From the NCBI GenBank assembly GCA_028698185.1, contig JAQVDW010000040.1:1-12414 (forward strand): 12,414 bases of DNA, in the 5' to 3' direction. Of this stretch, positions 6,512 to 12,414 are shown in pieces. The notes beneath the pieces are model-generated. The model saw nothing but the letters and a program-made list of their open reading frames with translations, was not told the origin of the DNA and searched no databases. Each line of letters starts with the position of its first letter. Within the stretch, counting starts at the first letter, position 1. Both the position numbers and the translations under genes were made by a program. The stretch is from Erysipelotrichaceae bacterium. Lineage in GTDB: Bacteria > Bacillota_I > Bacilli_A > Erysipelotrichales > Coprobacillaceae.

Positions 6512-7501
6512 TTAATCTATCAGATCATTCTGGAACCGTGAGAGATGTTCGTAAGGCAAAATCAACCGGCCCCGATACAAGCCACAGCCATCATTGATCA
6601 GGGAATTGTCCGCCGCGGCAAACATGTTCACATCCAATTTGGCCAGCTCGAGCTGGTGCAACAAGATGCCCCTTTCATAGGCGTCATCAAAATAGGGATT
6701 CTCACCTTTGGGGATCACATCCCTTCTTACCCGCTCGCTTTCCTGACGTTTTTCGTAACCCAGGTGGTTTGCTGGTCCGATCTCGGCGAAGTCATCCATT
6801 TCCTTGGTGCGCAGCTGGACTTCGACGTAACATCTGGCGATATTGTCATAAAATGTGATATGCAGAGACTGATAGCCATTTGGCGAGGGATTGGCGATAT
6901 AATCCCGATAATAGGGAGCTACGCCATCTTTCAACTGGGACGAAGCTTTCTGGTCTGTCAAAGTTGACAGCTCGGCGGTAAATCCCCGCTCTTCCAAAAA
7001 GCCAAGCAGCTGGTTGGCGACGTCGTATAGATATTTGATTTCCTGATCGCTCCGGCTTTGGCCGACTTGGAGATGGCACTTGGGCAGGGAAATCACAATC
7101 CGGTAAGCAATCAGATCCCGGAAACAGTTCAGGCTGTTTTTAAGTTCCATGACAGATGGAAATTTTCCATTTTCAAGGTAATAATCATACATATATTCGA
7201 CAATGTAGCCGTTGAATTTCGCTTCCGCCCTGATCAGCGATTTGATCCGGCCCTTGAAAGTGAAGGCGAGAAAAGGATATTCATTCGCCATATGCTTGTA
7301 GAACTCCCGGATCCTTTGCGACTGGGAAGCCAGGAAGTCATTGTGCTCGAGAAGCTCCGCAATCTGTAGCAGGAAATTACAGTGAACCAGATCGATCTGG
7401 TTATCTGTCTTTTTGGCAGACTCTTTTAGATCCTGCGCATAGGTCTGGATTATCTTAAGGACGGTATCGCCCGAGTATAAGTAGTCATTCAACTTTTTCA
7501 T
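6512..7501 (-). CDS. RelA/SpoT-homologue (RSH) synthetase-only protein, small-alarmone-synthetase-like, with N- and C-terminal extensions
   Basis: The ORF is 329 aa and carries the synthetase motifs in order: GRIKSLIRAEAKF, FRDLIAYRIVISL, YYRDYIANPSPNGYQSLHITF and YVEVQLRTKEMDDFAEIGPANHLGYEKR. These correspond to the RSH DYIA-x-P-x-x-NGYQSLH and E-x-Q-x-RT...AE.G.A.H..YK signatures. There is no HD hydrolase, TGS or ACT region. Confidence 0.9.
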   Translation of the reverse strand: MKKLNDYLYSGDTVLKIIQTYAQDLKESAKKTDNQIDLVHCNFLLQIAELLEHNDFLASQSQRIREFYKHMANEYPFLAFTFKGRIKSLIRAEAKFNGYIVEYMYDYYLENGKFPSVMELKNSLNCFRDLIAYRIVISLPKCHLQVGQSRSDQEIKYLYDVANQLLGFLEERGFTAELSTLTDQKASSQLKDGVAPYYRDYIANPSPNGYQSLHITFYDNIARCYVEVQLRTKEMDDFAEIGPANHLGYEKRQESERVRRDVIPKGENPYFDDAYERGILLHQLELAKLDVNMFAAADNSLINDGCGLYRGRLILPYEHLSRFQNDLID

Positions 7502-7512
7502 ATTTAATTTCC

Positions 7513-7538
7513 AAATCCGGCCGATTCATTCCGGATTT
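7513..7538 (-). promoter_or_regulatory. Perfect 8-bp inverted repeat (AAATCCGG-N10-CCGGATTT) 11 nt upstream of the RSH start codon
   Basis: The repeat is seen directly in the sequence. It occupies the position where an SD would be expected, and only GGA is present between the hairpin and the ATG. The half-site recurs as the 10-nt palindrome AATCCGGATT at 8303-8312. Confidence 0.35.
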
Positions 7539-8417
7539 GTCTTCCTTTCCCCTTTGTTCGCCCCGCCGATTGTCGAGTTGTCATAATCCGATAATTCCAC
7601 TCAAGACTTGAAATGGCGTCATTCCCGGCATGGCAAGCAATCTTTTATCGGCTTGCAGGTGTGACCATAGGATTAGCTATTGCGGTCAACCTGAGTATCT
7701 CATATTTTATCTGGTTATCTTTTAATGGCAAGCAATATTACATCCGCTATCGGAATCGATTCATCAGAAATGACCCACGTCCCATCGTGATAGCTCTCGG
7801 CTTGGCCATACACTCATATCGAACCTGAAAAGAGTATCGCTTTCTCGCTTCAACTATTTCCATTTCTTCCCTGCCGAATATGATCATTAAACCAAAGCAG
7901 TCCTTTTTGGCATACAAGGAACACAATGTTTTGCCACCCTCATTCCACGATATGATAACGCTTTTCTATCTCATAGAAGATGTCCAGCCATTTTGAAAAG
8001 GCCCTATAACCTATAAGGGAAATCATTTCTTATTGTGCAGGTATTTCAATCAACGGCGACATAGCGAACCTTCCGAAAATCTTATCAAAATCCCAGAATC
8101 CTCATTGGAGCTTCTCTGTCTCTTTCGAAGGCGCCCCCCCTGTGTGCAACTAATTTAAAATTGGCAACCAGACAGTTTATCCAAATAAGTAAGAGACGGA
8201 TTGGATATTCCTGCTTGATGGATCATACCTTGGCTGACGATGTCCGTGACTGACCTGAAGTCGCTGATATCTTATGTCAATCCAATCATTCGTATCAACA
8301 GGAATCCGGATTATATCCGATTGGCATTACTCATTTTTTGCTTCTAGATATCTGCGCTCCTTGGATTGGTTAGCCACACGTCCTGACCGGCATGGCAAAT
8401 CAGATTTATTATTCTGA

Positions 8418-9407
8418 TCATTTGGTGTTTTCATTATCATGGCACAAAACCTTCATGGCTTTGGCGGTTATCCATTTCGACGGTTCATTCTTGCGCTCGA
8501 TATCCACAATCATCTTGCCGTTGAAGGTATTTTGAAGCTTCCAGGTCCCATCGTCCTGACGCCGGCTTTTGACAACTTCATATGCATCTTGCATCCGGAC
8601 ATCATTTATGCCTAGATCCCTGAAAATTTCCAGGATCTCCAGCAAATCTGTCTGGTACATCAACGGGAATCCAAATCGGGTCCAACCCACCTTGGCTATC
8701 GTTTCCAGATTGTGACTCTTTCGATAGAGATGATGGACAAGCATGAACTCACTCAACTCCTTGACTTTTTCATTCACTTCTTGGCTTCTTTGTTTTGCGG
8801 GTATGGCACTGAAAGCCTTGAGCGCCTTGACCACCCCCATGAAACAGGTATGCCTGCCAAAACAAGCGACATTTTTCAGATATCTTTGATCACTCGTCGA
8901 TTCGCCACCGTCATCGGCTTTTTGATATTTTATAAGCCAGTCAATCGCCCCCTTGACCCTTTCGTCTTGGAGATAGCCCAGACGGATCAGCGCATACACC
9001 ATGTTCCCCGTCAGGCAGGGGATGACACTGCCTGGCAGGCCGTGTCCGGTTTTCTTGCTTGTTTCCATGGAAAAACCCATGGTCTCGGGATCCTGGGAAT
9101 GTTCGAGGACAAATTCACACCCCTTTTTTATCCGGATATCATTGCCATCAGCTCCAAGATCGGCAAGTATCAGCAGCTGCCATATCGTCCCATGGTATTT
9201 GTCCGTGTAGAACCGATCCTTATGAGACCAGCTGCCGTCTTCATCCTGACTGGAAAGAATCGCCATCACTGCGGGATCTCCCATGATAGCGGATCGGGCC
9301 TCTTCAAGGTTTTCGGGCGATGCATCAGTTATATTTTTCAATGTGTAATACCTGACTGCCGGATTACCCTTTTCCAGCAGCCAGCTGATGATAGCTTCCT
9401 TATCCAT
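8418..9407 (-). CDS. Prenyltransferase / squalene-cyclase-like alpha/alpha-toroid repeat protein (function unknown)
   Basis: The ORF is 329 aa. It has repeated acidic-Gly-aromatic repeat ends (QDEDGSWSH, ADDGGES, QDDGTWKL) spaced as in terpenoid cyclase/prenyltransferase repeats, and its composition is helical. GAGAGG lies upstream of the ATG at 9407. Confidence 0.6.
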   Translation of the reverse strand: MDKEAIISWLLEKGNPAVRYYTLKNITDASPENLEEARSAIMGDPAVMAILSSQDEDGSWSHKDRFYTDKYHGTIWQLLILADLGADGNDIRIKKGCEFVLEHSQDPETMGFSMETSKKTGHGLPGSVIPCLTGNMVYALIRLGYLQDERVKGAIDWLIKYQKADDGGESTSDQRYLKNVACFGRHTCFMGVVKALKAFSAIPAKQRSQEVNEKVKELSEFMLVHHLYRKSHNLETIAKVGWTRFGFPLMYQTDLLEILEIFRDLGINDVRMQDAYEVVKSRRQDDGTWKLQNTFNGKMIVDIERKNEPSKWITAKAMKVLCHDNENTK

Positions 9408-9611
9408 AAGAACCTCTCATTTCTTAGAAAATTGATGTTTCCATTGGCAATTGATTGCGACCGTCATCATAAAACAATCAATGGAATTAATTTGGTAAAA
9501 GTCATATGACTACTGGTTCAAACGCTTCTTAACGGAACGAGATTCCCGATCGATTCACCAAATCGTTGCCGTCTAAACAATGGCTTGAACTCCTGGCCAA
9601 CGACCGGATAC

Positions 9612-10856
9612 CTAGAATATCAACGGGAAGGCAAATGTGACAAACGCCGCCCAGAGGCCATAGAACTGCAGATAGCCGGATATTGCGTCTTGGACCGGTG
9701 CCAGTCCGGTTTGGTTCTTCAAGAAGCGTAGATGGCCAAGCATTATTCCCAGCAAATTGATCCAAATGAGAATATTCACCCCCAAAACCGCCATCCGGTT
9801 GGGAGTGATTCCATAAGAGGATATCCTGAAGACCACGGCCGACAATGCCACGCTATCAATCGTAAGTGCCAGAACGATGAGGATGTAGTTTATGAAATCG
9901 GAAATGTTTCTACGCTCATCCTTTCCCCTTGCGGTAAGGGAGAAGATGGTTACAGCCAATACAACCAGGAGTATCCCGTTGAAGACGATCAGAAAATCCC
10001 GGTCCACAAAAGGATTCTTCCCAATCAAGGCTACCGTTGCCAGATACCCGATTAAGGTGACCAGTACAAGAGGACTGAATATCCTTGATATGGATGGAGC
10101 GATGTCCCGGGCAAGTTTGAGGTTCCTCGTCACCAGGTGAGCCGCCACAACCGCCAAAGAGGCCGCACCGAACAGGATCACATTCTTGAAATAGAATTCG
10201 GATATGTCCAATCCTAATATATTAAACAGCTGTATCGTCAGCGCGAAAAGAAGCATCCCGCTGATTGCCATGCTGGCGTAAATGATGCAAAACTCACCGT
10301 TGAATCTCAAATACTCCAACCGCTTATAGCCCGTCTTATATCCGTCTCCAACATATGCCAGGCCCACCAGCAGCCACAGGAATACCGGCAGATGCAGATA
10401 TGCCTGGATAATGCCGTCATTGCTTTCAAGTGGGAGAAGATTGAGATAAATACCCGATACGACAAATAACAAAACAATTGTGAAAATGATTTTCTTGGCC
10501 GGGATGTTTTTGAAAATGAAATAAGCGGCAATAAAGGGAAGTATCCCGAAAACCAGATTAACCGGGGCAATAACACCCGACTCTACAAAATGGAAAATCA
10601 ATCGCGTGCTTATTCCCGCCAGTATAGCCAAGCCACCCATCAGCAGGAATTTCTTGAGCTTGGCTAATGACTGTTCCTGATTGATAACCTCTTGATAATT
10701 CAACCTTTCATTCCAGACGGCCAGAACCGGTGAATCCGGTTCTTGATCCCATGCCTTTGCAAATGATCTTCTGAACGCCTCAGGATCATCCCTGAAAATC
10801 CGTTCCAATTCATGGGGATTGGCAATGTTTTCAATAATTGAATTGTGAACTTCCAT
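9612..10856 (-). CDS. Polytopic membrane protein with a soluble N-terminal ~60-aa head (DUF4153-like)
   Basis: From MEVHNSIIENIANPHELERIFRDDPEAFRRSF the protein is 414 aa, with about 10 hydrophobic helices following the head. That N-terminal motif resembles the DUF4153 family as I recall it. The start is set at the ATG at 10856, with GGAGG 9 nt upstream. The track start at 10925 overlaps the upstream gene and has no RBS. Confidence 0.7.
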   Translation of the reverse strand: MEVHNSIIENIANPHELERIFRDDPEAFRRSFAKAWDQEPDSPVLAVWNERLNYQEVINQEQSLAKLKKFLLMGGLAILAGISTRLIFHFVESGVIAPVNLVFGILPFIAAYFIFKNIPAKKIIFTIVLLFVVSGIYLNLLPLESNDGIIQAYLHLPVFLWLLVGLAYVGDGYKTGYKRLEYLRFNGEFCIIYASMAISGMLLFALTIQLFNILGLDISEFYFKNVILFGAASLAVVAAHLVTRNLKLARDIAPSISRIFSPLVLVTLIGYLATVALIGKNPFVDRDFLIVFNGILLVVLAVTIFSLTARGKDERRNISDFINYILIVLALTIDSVALSAVVFRISSYGITPNRMAVLGVNILIWINLLGIMLGHLRFLKNQTGLAPVQDAISGYLQFYGLWAAFVTFAFPLIF

Positions 10857-10905
10857 AATCTCACACCTCCATATTCCATAACGGCAACAAATTTCAGCGA
10901 CCGAT

Positions 10906-11727
10906 TCACCGCAGCAACTCCACAATCATAAAGACCAACTCCACCACAATCAGGACAACAATCACCCACTCGACAAACAGGCCGCGTATGGATTGGCTCA
11001 CGGAAGCAAGCCCGGTGACGATATTCCTCAGGGTTTCCGTCTTGCTCCTGATTACCTCATATCGATCATTGAGCTCGAAAAAGTCCGACAACTTATCATA
11101 GAACATTCCAGCCTCACTGTTGGACCAGGCAATATCAGGTTTGTCAAGAATCATGATATAGGCAATGGAATTGTACTCATGGCGAATAATACTGGAAGTG
11201 ATCCGGGCCAGCTCCCTGTTTCCTATTCTCAACTGGCCTTTTTCCAAGTTGTCAATTTTAAGTTCAAGCTTGTCGAAAATTTTCTCAAGATGTTCCTCCA
11301 CCCTCTCCAATGCCGTTGATTTGGCAATGACGATGGAAATCAGTTCCGGATAATATAGCTCCATTTCAGGAACCTTGACGTAACGGTCAGTCAATTCTAT
11401 CCCAGCATTTTCGCCAATTTGCAGGGCATAGCTTTCCTCAAATGAAGTATAGCTCTCAATGATGCTTGGTTGCAGTTTTTTTAAGTAGCCCATAAAAAGC
11501 TCGGTGTGTTTCAGGGTTGAGTTGATGAACACAATGCTGCCAAAAGAATAGATAAATATTATCTCTCCTTCATCGGTTTTGTCTCCGACTATTTTTTCAA
11601 GCAGATCATCCTTGATGATCAGAGGTTCCTCCCAGGTGTACTTCTTCCTGATGCCACAGGCAACCGCAATCCTGTTGAGATCGATTTCCTTAGCCACGGC
11701 AAAAGTGTTGAACTTCATATTATCCAT
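10906..11727 (-). CDS. RMD1 / DUF155 family protein with a C-terminal TM anchor
   Basis: DUF155-like blocks are present: IFIYSFGSIVFINS, ISIVIAKSTALERVEEHLE and ILDKPDIAWSNSEAGMFYDKLSDFFELNDRYEVIRSKTETL. The terminal hydrophobic helix is FVEWVIVVLIVVELVFMIVELL. The start is set at the ATG at 11727 (MDNMKF), with GGAGG 7 nt upstream. The track start at 11745 is a TTG inside the RBS. Confidence 0.85.
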   Translation of the reverse strand: MDNMKFNTFAVAKEIDLNRIAVACGIRKKYTWEEPLIIKDDLLEKIVGDKTDEGEIIFIYSFGSIVFINSTLKHTELFMGYLKKLQPSIIESYTSFEESYALQIGENAGIELTDRYVKVPEMELYYPELISIVIAKSTALERVEEHLEKIFDKLELKIDNLEKGQLRIGNRELARITSSIIRHEYNSIAYIMILDKPDIAWSNSEAGMFYDKLSDFFELNDRYEVIRSKTETLRNIVTGLASVSQSIRGLFVEWVIVVLIVVELVFMIVELLR

Positions 11728-11741
11728 AATAACGCCTCCAC

Positions 11742-12089
11742 TCAAGTGAAATCAATTATCTTAGCTTCGGATATATTCAATATCCGTCTCCGGCATGTCG
11801 TCAGTGGAATGTATCGTTCCACTTTCATATGCAGGTCATACTTTTCGCGCAATTTTGTGATTGTATCCATCATCGGCGATGCGTGATGTAAGTCGATTGC
11901 CGCCTGGGAATCCCAACTGTCTACTAAGAGGACGGTTTCAGGATTGTCCGTCGGGAAAAAGTACTCGTATCTAAGATTGCCTTGTTCGCCACGGATCAAG
12001 GCAACAGTACCACTGCTTGTCATCTCCCGGGCAAATTTCCTGGTAGAACCGTTTTTTCCAGTATAAGAGATGTTTACCGTTATGCGCAT
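11742..12089 (-). CDS. Antibiotic-biosynthesis-monooxygenase (ABM) domain protein (YgiN-like putative quinol monooxygenase fold)
   Basis: EQGNLRYEYFFPTDNPETVLLVDSWDSQAAIDLHHASPMMDTITKLREKY fits the ABM pattern (G.L.Y......P....L.E.W.S..A...H..S.H). The ATG at 12089 is preferred over the TTG at 12098. The stop lies 14 nt before the RMD1 start, with the RMD1 RBS in between, which indicates an operon. Confidence 0.8.
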   Translation of the reverse strand: MRITVNISYTGKNGSTRKFAREMTSSGTVALIRGEQGNLRYEYFFPTDNPETVLLVDSWDSQAAIDLHHASPMMDTITKLREKYDLHMKVERYIPLTTCRRRILNISEAKIIDFT

Positions 12090-12121
12090 TTCAATCAATC
12101 ACCCTTTCCATCAAACAGCGA

Positions 12122-12149
12122 ATTATAACTGTTTCTAATGCTTCAACAA
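12122..12149 (-). promoter_or_regulatory. Candidate sigma-A/sigma-70 promoter of the ABM-RMD1-DUF4153 unit
   Basis: On the minus strand there is a -35 TTGTTG (12149..12144), a 16-nt spacer and a perfect -10 TATAAT (12127..12122). The -10 element ends about 32 nt upstream of the ATG at 12089. Confidence 0.4.
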
Positions 12150-12198
12150 ACTCAATTATTGAGATTCCATAATACTTTATGCAGTTCTCTATCGCTCC

Positions 12199-12237
12199 TA
12201 CCACCATTCTATCACATATATGGTTAGAATGGTGGTA
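12199..12237. repeat. Perfect 13-bp inverted repeat with a 13-nt spacer (TACCACCATTCTA-N13-TAGAATGGTGGTA); candidate operator or RNA hairpin
   Basis: The repeat is seen directly in the sequence. It lies 50-90 nt upstream of the candidate -35 of the ABM operon, in an AT-rich non-coding stretch. No U-tract follows on the minus strand, and only a weak UUAUUA follows on the plus strand. Confidence 0.6.
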
Positions 12238-12414
12238 TTATTAGAAATCGGAAATTAAGGCACTGATATTCTACAGATATATTTAGTGCATAATAAAACT
12301 GCAACGAAATAATAAAACATGATCCCCTGTGTTAGGATGGTTGTCGGACAGACCGATTCGGATTATACTTAGTAAAATTCATCCAAGGAGATCTAGATCA
12401 TCGCTAAAATATAT

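Noticed and set aside
7613-7828. A 71-aa plus-strand ORF with one hydrophobic segment, divergent from the RSH gene. It was considered as a possible small membrane protein or antitoxin.
   Set aside because: It has no SD upstream of the ATG and no recognisable family, and two of the 12-nt repeats fall inside it. It cannot be excluded, but it is unsupported by sequence alone.
8134-8140. A C7 homopolymer in non-coding DNA, considered as a phase-variation tract.
   Set aside because: It is not within or immediately upstream of any ORF or promoter candidate, and it is too short to argue for slipped-strand switching.
5705-8211. A 12-nt inverted match, GGATATCCAATCCG (5705-5718) against CGGATTGGATAT(T)CC (8198-8211). 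It brackets the RSH gene and was considered as the terminal inverted repeats of a mobile element.
   Set aside because: Roughly 9 exact 12-nt inverted matches are expected by chance in a 12.4 kb window (L^2 / 4^12). There is no transposase, no target-site duplication, and the match does not extend.
10857-10925. N-terminal extensions in the ORF track: DUF4153-like to 10925, macro to 3029, RMD1 to 11745 and ABM to 12098.
   Set aside because: The macro, RMD1 and ABM track starts are TTG codons that sit inside or upstream of the GGAGG/AGGGGG ribosome-binding site of an internal ATG. The 10925 start has no RBS and overlaps the preceding gene. The internal ATGs have canonical SD spacing of 6-9 nt.
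1-12414. Alternative genetic code (stop-codon reassignment) as the explanation for the large ORF-free gaps.
   Set aside because: TAA, TAG and TGA each terminate at least two motif-supported genes at the expected protein length.
1-12414. A search for CRISPR arrays, tRNA/rRNA genes, IS elements, integrases and att-like sites.
   Set aside because: There are no regularly spaced repeats, no T-loop (GGTTCGAAT-like) or acceptor-stem structures, and no recognisable rRNA segments, transposase motifs or recombinase motifs in any frame.

Overview
This 12.4 kb window reads as chromosomal DNA from a bacterium that uses GGAGG-type Shine-Dalgarno sites and the standard genetic code. TAA, TAG and TGA all terminate well-supported genes. 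The gene set looks Firmicutes-like or anaerobe-like, but the taxon cannot be determined from the sequence alone.

I support ten intact CDS, nine of them on the minus strand:
- a split ArsP/DUF318-type permease pair (1-638)
- a vWA/MIDAS protein (1269-1922), co-oriented and downstream of a MacroD-type macro domain fused to an XRE-like HTH (2007-3011)
- a UPF0126/TRIC-type channel (5091-5699, plus strand)
- a stand-alone 329-aa RelA/SpoT-homologue synthetase (6512-7501)
- a prenyltransferase/terpene-cyclase-like alpha/alpha-toroid protein (8418-9407)
- an apparent operon of an ABM-domain protein, an RMD1/DUF155 protein and a DUF4153-like polytopic membrane protein (12089 down to 9612)

There is also one AbgB-like M20 amidohydrolase broken by a 1-nt frameshift in a G5 run (3538-4919).

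I recognise no rRNA, tRNA, CRISPR array, transposase or integrase.

About 30% of the window lies outside confident genes. Four gaps exceed 500 bp, and at least two contain recognisable gene wreckage. The two most interesting loci are:
1. The orphan RSH/small-alarmone-synthetase-like gene. It sits alone between 812 bp and 916 bp of non-coding DNA and is a possible single-chain toxSAS (CapRel-like) module.
2. The macro-HTH plus vWA cassette.

All functional calls come from motif recognition by eye. No database search was run.
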